From assembly GCA_002633005.1 (NCBI GenBank), contig NMRA01000202.1:620087-684086 (forward strand): a stretch of DNA of 64,000 nucleotides. The letters are read 5' to 3'. Numbering within the stretch: position 1 is the stretch's first letter; each line of letters starts with the position of its first letter. This document shows positions 24,001-39,000 of this stretch, piece by piece. The position numbers were made by a program, and so were the translations under genes. Origin of the DNA: Phoronis australis. Its lineage: Eukaryota > Animalia > Phoronida. The notes below the pieces were generated by a model. The model did no database searches. It was given only the letters and a program-made list of their open reading frames with translations, and was not told where the DNA came from.

Positions 24001-27000
24001 GATTAGACACACAAGCTGTGAACAACACAACATATAAAAAATCAGAGGACACAGATGGATAAGGACATTTCACAGGACTGATGCAAAAGATAAAATATAA
24101 TTTAATATTACTGAGATAATTCATTAATACATTAAAAGAATAATAAAACAATTATTCCATTACCACGTCACGATGTGGAACAGTTGGTCAATTAGTTGGT
24201 GTGTGTGTTGCGGATCATCTCCGCAGTTACTGACATCACATTTCACAATGATTAGAACATAGAACTCTAGGACTTAAGAGTTCTGTGATTAGAACAATAA
24301 TTACAACAGCCATAAGAAAATTATTCAAAAGAAAGTAACTTAAACAGCAACCAAAACTGAAGTGCACAACATGCAGACAAAGGTTGAAATTTAACCTCAA
24401 ATGAAACAGGACAGAGAACACAAGAAACATTCAAAGTTCATCATGAGTTAACTAGTGACATCTGGAGGGTTTTAACAGGCACCACTCGCTTCCCACAGAT
24501 TAATATTATTACAAAGTACTTGACAGTGTACGAACCAGGAAGAAAAATTATGAGCTTTTCGATGAATTGCTAACTTTCAAATGTTCAATAAAAAAAGATT
24601 TTGCCACACAAGTGTTATCATGAGGCTTTAAGCAAAATTCGTGCAAGGTAACTGCTGAATTTCAATAAATTATTACCAGATACTTTGCAAGGTATACCTC
24701 AGTGTTCCACCATTGACTCGTCAAGAACATAATTATCGGTTTCTTAAATGACAACATGCAGAGGTAACAAGAAACTTTGTAACTTAACGCCTAATCTTTT
24801 TGTTTTCTCATTCTTTGATACTTCATTAATTTTCTTTTTACTGGTTTAGCGAAATCATGTCTTGCATTTGTTTTGATGACCGTCACTCCTTTATATCGTG
24901 TCAATCAAAAGGCAGAATTGAATATTAGTTATGAGCATGAAACATATGGATGAGTAGTGAATGATTTGGTGGCATTCATTTCTTGTCACCTCGTCATGTG
25001 TCCCTTTAATTAATACACACGAGTAAGTGCGTTACATATTAATCAAACTCGTTCCACAAGCAGTTAGTTTTAAAGTTGTGCTAAAGATGGCAGGCACCTG
25101 CAAGAACAAGCCAAGAGTGTTAGAACACCGCACGATCACTGCAGCCCACATGCATGAAGTTACACTATAATGTGCATCAAGTTGTTATTGTTGAACGCTG
25201 ACTTTGACAACCGGAAGCAAAAAAATACCCAGCTGATAAATTTTGAATTTTCGAGAAGCCAAAGAGGGCAGCAGTTTGCCTACAGAGGCAAAACAGTGGC
25301 TAAGCAGTAGGCAAGTCATGTTATACAACGTGAAACAACAAGTAAGGGATATTTTGAATGCTCAAAAACCTTCCACTACACAGTGACATAATTCATTACA
25401 GACTTGACCAATTTATAATAGCCACGTTGATAACTCACCATTTAAAGCAAACAAATCATGAAAATAAGACTTGTGGCAGTTGAACTGTTAAATACAACTT
25501 TCAAGAAACACACAATGCATGCTTAGACTTCACCACCTAGCTACAAAATGAAATTCAGTAATAAATAAATCACAAAAAGTGAATGTACATTGGACAATTA
25601 AAGCTGCAAGAAACAAGCTTACATCCAAAACCCAACTCTTGGTTCGCATGACTGTATAAAATTGGTCTGGACATCTAATTGTTCCTTGCTTTGATGAGAA
25701 AATATTTCTGGGCTAATGAAGAACTGACATTTCTTTATGACTCAAGACCATGCTTGTCGCACTAAATGCCATGCAGTGACAAGCCTACTTCTTGAGCTTG
25801 CTTTAAAGCAACGATGGACTGGCAATTCTTCAAAAGCTTGGAAACAATTTTAAACTGTGTCAGAAGAGACCAGTTTTGTATTGATAAGTGAGATAGGTAC
25901 ATAGCACATTTAAGGCTGTCAGGTAACAAGAACAACAAGTGCAAAAATATCAATGACATATCAGGAAGTCAGTCCAGATGCTTCGGAAGGTCTCTACTAT
26001 AATATAGTCGCACACAAGCTCATGCAGAATAGCACACTACAAAGATTCACATTATTAATTAGAGACTCTGGTTTTCTGTTTCCAGAAACCAAGAAATCTG
26101 TTTCCCCAATAAAACTCTGTAATTAAATTTCCATCTTGTAAAATATTAGATTCCGTTTCACAATTTGACAGTGATGAATAACACAAAATGACCTGATCTA
26201 GGAATTGCTTTTAAATTACTTTTCCAATGAATTATGATAAACACCACTTTAAATTTATTGTTTTACGAAGTTAGAAAAAAGTGCCACCCTCAGACTGAAT
26301 GAAGAACTACTTGAACATGTCTGCTGCAAAACGAGAATCGATCGATTTGTGGACGTAATATTAGAATTAGGGTATCTGCTATGGAAATATAGAAATTCCG
26401 TTCTAAATTTCTGTGAAAGAAGTCAGACTCCATGAATTCGGTCCTGGAAAACCAAAGTCTCTACACAACAGTAGGACCTGCGCAAATCATATTGTATGGA
26501 TGGCACACACCATTGTACATGCCACAGACATGGCGTTTCCATAGTGACAACATGAATTTTCAGACTGAGGTGACAGACGCTCAAGCAGGTTTCGAGCTTC
26601 AGAATTAGAAAAACATCAAAGTTCTACATTGATTTATTGAATCAACGCTAAAAACAGCGAGATGCAGTATAAAGACTGGAAGCAAAGATAAGACTGAAAT
26701 TTATACTAGCGAGCTCTTTGTATTGACCAGCATAGCAGTGACTGACCGAATACTCATCATCATCCAAACATAATGAACCAGTGTACAGAAAAGGTCACTC
26801 AAGGGTGAATTGCAGGGCAGGCAATGGTGAAATGTAAAACAATCATGGTACTACCGCAAGACTTTTAAATAAAACAGTAGGTTTCAGTCATGACACCATA
26901 TGTTATGTGCACTCGACAGAGATGAAATGATGGAAACAAATCGATGAAACAAGTTTGTTCAACAAACTTTAAATATTACACAAATATGGGGACACTTTAA

Positions 27001-30000
27001 AGAAGGCTAGTCACTTACAATGAAGGCAAAGGCCATGCATGCTTCAACATGCACTGAGAACAACAGCACACATACAACGTAAAGACAAGCCTTCAGTAAG
27101 ACTTCCCCAGACTCAAGTTTTAGACCTTACACGCGGCATGACTAAAACTAGGTGCAAAATCGATTTCCTAACCAACAGGCATTTTCATTACCTGGCGTGG
27201 CCGCTAGCGAAGCTTTGAGAGTGCCTGGTTCTGCCTCTGTGGGAGGCATGGCACCTTCCATGGACTGGGCCTCCGTCTGGTCAGCGGTAGGGTTGACAAA
27301 CTTCTTGCCCCGTTTGTTGAGCGCCTTAGCGATAGTCTGGTGATCAGAGGAGAGGTTGACCAGTTGGTGGAACACATTGCGCTTACGGATAATGGTGTAC
27401 ACAAGATTGGCGTTTCCTGTGAAAGAACATAAACAACATACTGTTCTTAAAAATATTAGCGATAAATTACAATTCTTCCAATATTTCGTACTAAAATAAA
27501 ATTGCTGCTTTGCTATTTGTCAAAGCCCAACTAAAACTGGCTTGGTGCAAATAATGGACTTTTTGCCACTTTTTGATTTATGACATCTAACCAGTGAAAA
27601 CCAAGCTTATAATTTTGTAATCTTCATTTTTGTTAGGAAATTTGTCATGACAAAATTTCATTGTCCACCATATTGGGTGAAGAATTACCAACCTCAGGTG
27701 GCAGCACCATTGTTAAACACATCCAGTCATCATTAACATTGTGCAAAATCCAACTGAAAAATCTCTTCCCAACAATGCACCATATAATTGGAACTGTAGC
27801 CGCTTTGTTTTGAAACATAGTATCCTTTTTGGATTCTTAGCAAACAGTAATCACTACCTCCTTGAGCAATTGCACAAGAGTAACGATACTACAGAATCTT
27901 AAAACAGCACAGTTAGTTGTCTACTCTTAAACACAGTGACAGCATCTAAATTCCATTTTGAAGCATCAGGCAGTATATATTGAATCCCATTATAGTAGCC
28001 TAGCATCTCCTAGTATTCAAATGCATAATGCCATATACAGTAAAGAGTGTAAATTTTGAGTCGTTACCATCAAACTGGTACTGAATAATGTTGTTGAAGA
28101 CTTCGAGCAGGAAGAAGACCAGGTGATGGTTTGTGGGACTTGCGTACAGGAACCACGGAGTGCTGAACGCCTCCAACAGGTGGAGCAGCTTAGTGCTCGC
28201 TACCATAGACAGTGTCTTCAGATAAGGAGAAACTGAAATGAGTGTAGGTACAATTAGGTGATAGAGTACTTGTTGGAATATCATGGCTTTAATGTTCAAA
28301 TTCAAAAGCTTAAACTAGAGATGTAGTCTGGCAACATTTTCAATGATAATGAGCTTAAAAATTAAATCTCTGATGAGCCATCAAACTCAAAGAGTCAGTT
28401 GCTAACTCTGCATTCTCCAACGCGAGTGGATGAGTCTTTCGGCTCATCATGGACTAGGCATTAGTCCAACACAGATTACATCCAGCCATGGCTGGTCCTT
28501 GTTCACTGCTGAGTCAATACAACCAATACCGGTTGATGTAACCTGCTCACGATTACACAAGCCAGAAATGAAACCCTCAAACTTTTGGCACAGGTTGACC
28601 ACTGACTCACAAAGGCAATGCTGTATAAATAAACCCAGCCATGTTTTCCTCTAACCCAATCACCTCATCAAATCTTAGAGCCATGATAAGTTTTCATATA
28701 CACCTCTGAGGGGAAAACACAAAGAACAAATTAAGTAACGTACTGTTGACAACTATGGTAAGGAGGCAGTCAAAAAGAGGCTGTAACCTTTGGTGACCTG
28801 TTGTGATAATTTTATGAAATACCTACAATGAAGAAATAAATGCACTGTACACAACAACCAATTAGTCTAGTCAATCAAATCCATCAATATTATGTGACAA
28901 GACTTAGGGCTGTTCCATCAAAATCTGTGTGGGAGGGGTGGAAGGCAACTGAAATAAAAATTTATGGGTGGTTGCGTTTGATTTAAATTCAAAATGGCTG
29001 GTGGTCATACTTCAAAAAAATAAAAATTTACAGGTCGTTGTTGTTTCACTGGGCCATAAATGTTTGATGGTGGTAATTTTAGTAAATTTTATAAACAATC
29101 CGCACAGAATCAAAAACTGAAACAAAAATGCAACTTGCAAAAAGCTCCGACTTTTTCACTCCCTCCGATCTCCTCATCCGCATGCCCATAACATCATTTA
29201 ACCACAGGTGCTCGAATTTTTCGACGGCAAATAACCATATATAAGAAACATATGTTTTCTTAGTAATGAATGACGTTAGTGGTGATGGAGGAACAGACAA
29301 ACACAAGCGCCTGTGCAGTCAACCACAAGAACAAAAAAAAATTACGGGTGGTTGCATTTCAAACTTATAAAAAATTACGGGTGGTAGGCTGAAGAAATAA
29401 ATGAAAAATATGGGTGGTGGGTGCGAAAAAAAGGTGCCTTCCCCCCCTCCCATACAGATTTTATTGGAACAGCCCTTAGCAACAATCACCAAGCCAATTC
29501 AGTTAGTATTATCTGCAGAGAACCTAATAAGGAATTACTGTNCTTCCCCCCCCCCCCTCCCATACAGATTTTACTGGAACAGCCCTTACAATCTTTTGGG
29601 AAAAATCTGTAATACAACAGTAATATGAAAAGGCAAAACAATACTTTGGTAAATTTCACCAAGCTTGAATTAGGTTGTGTACTTTTCAGCTGGATTAAAC
29701 CTTCCAGTGAGGACTATTCAACTTGGTACAAGAATTCAGTTTTGAACATGTTGCTTTAACCTATACATAAATAACATCAAAACTATCATTTCCATTTTTT
29801 AGCACTTCCTTCATTAACTGTAGATGCTCAAGAGTCTGCCACATGACTTTTAATAACTTTTATTTTGCGGTGAAAACCAAGATGCAATCAACAGCTGTGA
29901 AATTCTCTTTGCATTTCATACTGAGAAATATTACAAAAAAAATCCAAAATGTTGTGCATTAATTTAGGAGCTATACCAGATTCTGCTTTAAATTGGAAAC

Positions 30001-33000
30001 CAACTATATCTGATGTCATGTTTTAGCAAAACAGCAAATATCTGGATATCTCGCAGAGAGATTTTTGTGTTTGCTCTCTACCAATCACATTTATTTACTA
30101 TCTATGGAACAATAGATACTGACATAAACTATCCAGCGAAAGCCTCCATCTTATTTCTGCATTCTTGTAGAGACATTTTTCCACGATACCGACTGTTCCC
30201 TTGCCCTGTATTAACTATACATGGAAAAATGGAGAGTGACGCAAATAACCCAACCAAAAAATCTGCATCTCGTTTTGCACTCATTTCCACTGCGCAGACA
30301 CGAGTGACCAACACACATTGTGTTCAATAGCCAGTAAGACATTCCTTTGCTAAGTGCGAGTAGATATAGAACCAAGATGAAGGTCTTTAACTGAGCCAGT
30401 CAAATCACATTCTATTGTATCATGGGTAGTAAATGTAAACCAAGGGAACGAGAATGTGTATTTCCAATATAACCTAAGATCTGTGTTTTAATAAACATAG
30501 CATCGATAACGGTTGTGTTCCCCTTTAAGGTTAGGTAGCACTCTAAAATTATGTCCAATTTCGGCCAACTTCGGAACATCATATCTCAAAAATGGCAAAT
30601 AGGATTCACAAGAAACTTTCAGACACGATGCTTTTTACACTTTTCTCTAAAATGCTGTTAGGAATTGTTGTTGTGTGAGGGGTTATCAAACAATAGCACT
30701 TGAATGGTTTCTATGAAAAAGTGTTATTAAAGTTGCAAACAGTGAAAACGAAATGATAATTTAAAACTGTAACAACATTTTTGAGACCTCATCTTGAACA
30801 TTTGCATCATAACAAATTAGGTCACATTATCAAACCTGTTGTTTTGGTGTGAATGTAGCTTTTCCTTTTTGCTAAATTTTCCTACAAAAGCAAGGTCACA
30901 TGACCTAATTGGTGGCAGATTGGTATCAAGTCAAAATCAAATTCTATGAATTCAAATTCGTTTTTTTCCAAAAATAATACTTTTGCTGACAGAGTTTAAT
31001 TCTATAGTTTGCAGTTATTTGCATAAATGTAAAAAACTTGTCTATAAGGTCTTACATAATTGCAACCTGTCACCGAGAACAATCACTTACAATGATCAAC
31101 AAGTCAGCGTGTGTTCCCGTAAACACAGGGATATCCATGGGTACGCGGACAGCGTAGGGTTTGTTGAGACGAACACCAAAGTTGCGCTCACCACTCAATA
31201 GTAACAAGATAAAGACACCGATGTGCATGAGACCAACACGTGCTGGAATGAGAACAATAGTTAAATAAACTCTGCCATCTAAAACAAAAGGAACAAGAGC
31301 AACGTAGAATGTTGACACCTGCCCACAACATAACAGTTAAAATATATATTGCATTTTGCTACTCATTGAAAGAACAACAAAATGTTCAGACTACATTCAT
31401 CGTTAGCCCCAATTGACTTGCATCAAAAATTATTGTGTAAGCCCATTGAGATTTGATTATATAGTAGTTTTCAAAAACAGCTGACAAATTTAGGAAAATC
31501 TGCCAAAGTTTCAAGAACTTAGAAACGTTAAGGAAGTCAAATTGTAAATCCAATTTTTCACTCTTTGACAACACTCAACTTTTTTAAAAAGAACCTTATT
31601 GTAACTGCCATATTTTGTATGTCTGCAACTACATCTCCACATATATACTATTTGCTTTAGAGACACTACTCCTCTCTGGAGTAAGAGGATCAAGTGGACA
31701 GTCCACTCTCAAACTTACACTGGTCAGCGCGGGCATCATTCAGGTGAAAAAGTATTGGAACCAATATATCCAGAACGTCGCTACTCTTCAGCACGTAGAA
31801 CATGAATTTCTGGAAAACAATGAATCCAACAGTTCAACACTGCATACCATTTATATGGTTCTCAAAACACGCAATAAACCACCATCTTCTGCCAAATATT
31901 TTGATTTAACCTACCTTGTTAATATTACACATAATAACTACACACTGTCTATAACAGGATATCCAGTCTACCTTGTTAATGCGGTACAACTTAAACTACA
32001 CACTGTCTAGAACAGGATATCCAGCCAACCTCATTAATGCCGCACAACTTTTATACAGACCGTCAATAACAGGATATCCAGCCTACCTTGTTAATGTCGC
32101 ACATTTTCCAGAAAAGCACCAGTAGTTCTTGATAGAACTGTATCTTCTTGGTGGAGCCAGGCAGATAAGTCTGTATGAGAGGGTTGTTCAGTAGGCGAGT
32201 GATACCACTCAGGATGAAGTGGAAGTCCTGCACAGAGTTATCACAGAGTTAGTCCATTTACATATGGGGGTGGCAGGTAAGACTTCCTATGATGACTACA
32301 CTTCCAATACTGAGATGTCTGCTCAGACATACTAAGGCTAAAAAGGAATGATAGTATGTCCATTATAAAAATCACATGATAAGAAGTGGGTTTAAGTGAT
32401 GTCACTTACTGATCATAAGCAACAACTTGAAATTGCCCCGCAGTAGCGCGACATGGACTTTGCAAGGAAACGCACAGTACGTACCTCCTCTCTGTGAATT
32501 CTGGACAAGTAATTCGCAAAGAGATTGTCTGGTCCAACCACCTGAAATGCCAGAAAGAATAAAATTTTAAAGGGACAAAAAGATGAGCGTTCTGTCAAAA
32601 TAACTTTTGATTTAGGCTACTTACTATAACAAAGTGGGTCTTATTTTGTTCCTTAAATACTCAGATTAGCGATGATTACTAGCCTTGGGAAGAACCGACA
32701 GGTCGTTATTGCTTCAGACCACACCCATTGCTACAGACCAAGCCCATTCAGTTGCTTGTCACCGCAGGTTATTTTTATTTGTCAAGGCAGTACGCAATTT
32801 GTTGCAACCAATTTCACTTCTAACAAAAGATGGGAGCATGGTGATCTTTCAGCATACAACAGCATTCAATGAAACAACCACAGCCTATACTACACATGAG
32901 CACGACACGTTTTTCCAGCGAAAGCAAGCCCAACATACGTCAAAGGTCAAGATTTCATGACCTAAATCAGATTTTAAGAAAACACCAGCTCACATTTTCT

Positions 33001-36000
33001 ACTCTTCTACCAGCTAAATGCAATGTGGTAAAAGAACACTAATTTATTTAACTCATGCTCACTGAAGATAACATTGACAAGAAACTTCTCAAGTTTGAGA
33101 CCAATGGTACTCTAGACCAAAATGTGCAACTAGACTTACATCGCTCTGTGCATCAATGTTTGCCACGGAGCACGACGACCCCTCCGAGTTGTGTCGGCTC
33201 GTGATGTTCTCCAGGGTGACACAGAGTACCTGCAGGGCAATCTCAACGAGGGGCTCGCGAGAGTCTGTGAACATCAGGTGGTTGTACGGCACGCCGTAGC
33301 CAACAGGGTCGTAGGCACACACAATGTTCAGTAATGAGGTAAACAGTGGTAGAGCGTGTCTGAAAGGATAAGAGACCATTCAGGTTAAGGAGCAAGTATT
33401 TAAGTTGTTGAAACAAAAATAAACATCTGATTAAGTCAAGACATCTTTATCTGGATCCCAGTAAACATCAACAGTTCCACAAGCAATTCATTTCTCCCAG
33501 CAACAGTATATGACATCATCAAAAACAGTGAGAACAACCTTGCCAGAAACCGGGTATGACATCACAAGAAACTGAGTACATCATCGCCAGATACAGCGCC
33601 AATTTAAAATTATCTAAACGTGGCCTCACGTTTGAACAGCTTCTTATTGAGTAAATACCAATAGATCACTGTTAATTGAGGACAACGAGAGATTTGATGG
33701 CATAAAATCAGAAGTACCTGGACTTGATCACCACTGGGAAAGTTGTCAATGAAATTGAGAATTTTTTCCTCACTAGATAATTTAAACGTGGCAAGAAGTT
33801 TTTGCAGACAAAGAAGTACATAACTGACCAATTGTAAAAATAATTAGCAAATGAATGAATGTCTCTAGTGCAAAGATCTTGCATTGAACATTTCACTAAT
33901 AAATTCTGTGACAGAAAATACATCACCTGTTTTCGGTAGACGTAAAATAATTGATCCATTGATTTGGCTGGACGTGCGCATCGGCTGAAGAAAAAAATAT
34001 GGCATCAACAGGGTGCAATATCAAAACATTCTGAAGCGCCATATAATGACTAGTGACAAAAAGCTAAGTTTTAAATTAAGGTAAATTTTAAATTAAAGGC
34101 CATAGATGCTTGCATACTCCTGACTGTGCTATGGCATGGCAGGAATGATGTTATTTCAACAGGTTAACCAAACTGCAGTTTCTTCATAGACAATGCAAAG
34201 GTCAAAAAATCAGCAAACAAAGAACAGTTATGGTGTTTTTAAGATGTGCCCCATGCTATTAATGTGTTACGATTTTGAAGGACAAACTGCAATTTCACTT
34301 CCAGGAAATTATTTTAATATGATGTGTTATCCGAAACATAACAGACGTCTTGTTCGGCTGTGTATACAGAACAGCGGCAAGATTCAAAAAAAATTACTGT
34401 CAGAGTTGTAACTAAGGTAATGGAGCACTTTATAGACAAATCTGTACATTTCACAAAAATTTTAAGTCTGGTCAGTACGCCACACGTGGCCACATCACAG
34501 GACCTAATTGATATAGGTCTGAAAAGATTTCTGCACCAACCAGGACTCAAACCCAGGACCTTCTGCTAACCGTGCAGATGCTCTACCCACTGAGCTATTG
34601 GGACACAGAAATCCAATCAGATTTCATAGTGGGCATCTCGCCCCTGAACTCCTGAGTGCATATAAATATGTAATTCTTAAACCCAGTGTGGAAATGTGTA
34701 TCATCGCAAACATTTTAAATCTGGTCTGGCCGTTACATGGGGACAAGGGAACTTCCTCCCTAATATATCAAGTTTGTAGTGTCAGATTCATGATAGATAA
34801 CACAAAGGGGTTGACCACAACATATGTCAAAGGGCAGACACTTGCACTTTCTCTAAAAAGGAAAAGTTTAGATTACTATAAATTTAAACTGTGTGCATTA
34901 CCACTCACATGGTTATTACCGAAACTACAACACAATAAAAATGTAGATTTTTCAAAACTGATGCAAAATTACAAAAAGACAATCGAGATAAATAAACTAG
35001 TAACTACTAGACGAAAACACTGACACGCATTTAAAATGTGTTCAGTTGATTAACTACTAGCAAGATATGTACACATGTGTGCTTGGACATATATTCATTC
35101 TTTACACCTTAGAACAGTATCACGTACCCAGAGGCGGTAGATACATCGTCTCGGAGAAACATGTCAACACCAGCTTGAGTATTTCCGCCCTGTTGGCATC
35201 ATGTTGAAAGTTGACTGGTGGTGAGTGGGCGAAGCCAACACCTGCCTCCCAGATGTACTCACAGCTGTCTATTGACATCAGGTCTTCGGGGTTATCCTGC
35301 GAGTACAAAAATAATCCAGACAACTCCACACATGAACGCTTATTGAAAATTGAATTTTCAAATAGTCAAATAGACAAATCCTTAGTAGAAAAAGTAACAT
35401 TAAAAAATTGCAATAAGCAAAAAAAATAAATACTCACCGGCCCTGACTTTTTATTTGAAGACACAGTGAAATCAGGACAAAACAGCAAGTCCTGAAAACA
35501 AGAATTATCACATTAATCTAATTTTCAACTATCATTCTTATAGCCACGTCCAGGCACAGTCAAAGTTTGGGAATCAGTAGAGGCAACAGATAATACAAAC
35601 TAATAACAATGATCTACCAAAAAATTATCTATTTAATAAATTAACATCAACTGAATCAGAGGGTGTTTACTGTATAACAAACACAAGCGTGAAGCAATCC
35701 TGTAGACTGTACTTACACACAGACTGTTGATGAGCGTTTGTGCCAAGGGGGGACTATCATTCTGGAAAGACAAAGAGACATGATAAACAACAGAACAGTG
35801 CATACAAGCGTACAATCTTGGCAAGATTCTGATGAATTAAGGTCATTAGAACTTCTAAATTTAGATATTATTTTTGAAAGATTGAAGGACAAGACGTAAT
35901 CTAATTGTATGTCTAGGAAAATTTCATATTTATTGGCAGCGTCTTAAAAACACGACCACCAATTTAACATAGTGATTACTTTAAAAGGGAAGTCTCTGAG

Positions 36001-39000
36001 TATTTCAAAACTGAAAAATATTTATTTTATAATAATCTAAAATTCAAAGAATTTTAATAACAGATGGGCCCCTATGGTACCTTTAATTTGAGGCAGTTTA
36101 TTTTTAGTTGTAACTGACCCCCACCACAAGTGTGCATGTGCGTATGTATGTGGGTATGAATGTTTTCTCTTCATTTTCACGTTACTTTATTGGAAGTATT
36201 ATGTTCAACAAAAAACAGATGAACACACGCCCAAATCGGCCTTATACACCGGAAGCTTTTTGACAAATTATGCTTCACCCTGGCTAAACTATCACATTTA
36301 CATTCAATTTGCTTTAATTACTTTTTAACTGTAAACGGACACCTTTGAAGGCCGTTGATAAATCGAATCCTTCCAAGTCAGTCAAATACTCCAGAAAAGT
36401 TGTTTTAACTCTGACAAGTTCATATATTAAGAGGAAATCATTAGAGCTGTCACTTTTCAAAAGACTGATGGGACAGGTATCACAGGAAAAAATACAATGT
36501 AAATTGCCAGAGTAATTGCTAAAGCTGAAAGAATTTAATACATTCAATCTCAGTGTCCCTCCGAGCTCAAAAGGAATTTACTGGTATAATGTGACTTTAT
36601 AGATGATTTAGCTATTGGTAAGTGTAATTCGCTGAAAAGCTGCCAGCAGGGATATTCCTAGACTGCGCCTTTGCGCCATTAGCGCATAAAAATAAAAAGC
36701 ACAAGAACAATGCAGCAGTGCAACCCCGCCCTCTTTTAAAATGCAAGATTCTAGTAAACTTACAGCCAGTCTGGTAAAACATGACTGTTCTTATTTTAAT
36801 TGCCCTTGGGGTTCCTGTTTCATAAGTTACCACTTCAACTACACTATGTCTTCAACTTTTTAAAAAAGACACACTGGTTCAGACCTGGTCAGGAATATCC
36901 CTGTGCCAGATCTCAAAAGTTTAGTGCCACCTTTAGATAGTGAATCAGTCTAGTGGGTAAAATTGTGCTTACCTGTTAAAACACCATTGCTGGGGTAAAT
37001 TGGCATCTAAAGAATTTTAAGATGAACCATTTCTAAAATAACCCTGGCCATGCATAATAAGAAAAACTCTTGCACCCCTTCCTACCAAGAAGAATTGAGA
37101 CCAATACAATAAATTTACTTTTCCATCCGAAACTATCTTAAATCAATTTTCTGGTTTACAATGTGAAAATTTTTGCGAATAAAAATACTTGGATTAGGAT
37201 AAAAATCTGAAATTCGTCATCTCAAAAAACCCTAGAAATTAAAACAAAATTGAGAGTTACATTTACAGAAGACAAATCAAACAACAGCGAAACAGTTAAC
37301 CTCCGCATTTGCCCACCCATCAACTGCAAAAGATCAAAAGTTACAGACACTGGTTTTCGGCTAATCAAACATAAAAATCCATGGCAACAACACGCCAGTG
37401 TTATCTTACCTGTTCGTCAACCGTTTGTCCAGGTAGGGTTGACCAAAAGAAGCCCCTCCAGTCCGGGTCCTCAAAAATGTAGGGCAGTATACGAGTTAGC
37501 AACCGGACACAGTTCAGCACTGGAAGATGGACACTTCAGTTATTTTTAAAAAAAAATAAATTTAGTTACAGCAAGATTGCACATATACACCCTGGAGTTG
37601 GGCTCATAAGTAGTGTTACTATATTTAAACAGATATTAACATGAATTTCTTGACACGTTTTTTTGATTTTGAATTTGTCAGAAATAGGGAATATAAATCG
37701 GTAAATAAAACAACAAGAATGGATCAAATGAAATTTGAAATTTTCGGATGTAATAACTTCCTTTGTCAACAGAAACAGAAACAGAAATAAAGTAAAATCA
37801 AACACTATATGACAATTGACATATAAGATATGGTGTAATGAAATAGGGTGAGTTAAGACTTTTACTGTTCCACAATTCTAGAAAGAAACCATTCAGCGAT
37901 CAGACCCACAGTCTTGCTGGACCTTCAAATACCCTAACCAGATGGACTACATATGTTTGAAGATAACGTACTGAGTTCTCGGCCATAAAAGAAAATCTGA
38001 CACACTCTTGCAGCTCATAGAATAGAGAAAACAAACTTGGAAATTTCATGCAAACAATTCAGCTTTGTAGAAACTGCAGCAATCTCTGTGAAAATTCAAA
38101 ATTTTTAACAAAAACCAGTGACATAATTATGAATTACTTTTGAGCACATAATAAAATTCCATGATCATCAAGGACTTTAATAAAAAAATATATAGTTTTA
38201 CGGGTCAACAATTAACACTTTAAAGTTATATCAAAATTCGATTCTTTTATTACAGAGGTAGCCTATTACCTAGTCCTTGAAATTGCGGTGAGAAGTCTCT
38301 ACCAACCTGTTTGCTGCTCTCGCTGAGTACCGCACGAGCTCTCAGCAGCTGCTACGAGTTTCTCGACAGCTTTGTAGCATAGTGTAGCCAGATTGGATGG
38401 AGATTCCTCACGTAGCGCTCGTATTTCTGGTGCGGGGATCAGGGTGAAAACATCCTGGACGCACGTTACACTCTCCGACCAGAATTGATTCCAGAAACAC
38501 TCGTCAGCAGCTTCCACTGGCTAGAGTATAGATAAAGGAAAGAATTAAATTCAGAATAGCAAGACTAAATCTGAACACCATTCTAAGGGGGAAGTCAATG
38601 TTTTGATGTCACCTTTCGCTTTAAGAATACGAGTCTTCAGTTTCATGCATCTTATAGACATTACGAGCAATAATTGGACAATTATTATTACTTGTAACAA
38701 ACATACAATCAGATATTTTGATCAATTGTGAAGAAAGAATTTCATCCTAGGAAATTAATAGATCAAACGTTGAGTCTCATAGGTAACTTTCAATGCATGT
38801 ATCAACTTTTGTCTCATCATTTTGCCTTTAAAGGGTGTAACGGACTTATGCAGAGAATCTGAATATTAACTTTGTGTGAATTGTAAAAAGTTACGTTTTT
38901 TGTTTCATGTGATGATTCAGCAGAATGTTTGTGAAGTACCAAACAAAACATTAATTTCTGGTATGATATCTTTTAAGAAATTTTTGACAGAAAACTCGAT

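Noticed and set aside
24793-24888. Possible alternative terminal HID1 exon on - (GVTVIKTNARHDFAKPVKRK...)
   Set aside because: Weak acceptor with no polypyrimidine tract, only about 32 codons and no homology; compatible with chance.
33610-33831. Minus-strand ORF as the missing HID1 exon
   Set aside because: No HID1 similarity; the real exon is at 33927-33984.
34533-34603. Functional tRNA-Thr(GGT)
   Set aside because: No U33, no purine at 37, T loop is TTTGAGT, and the acceptor stem has a mismatch.
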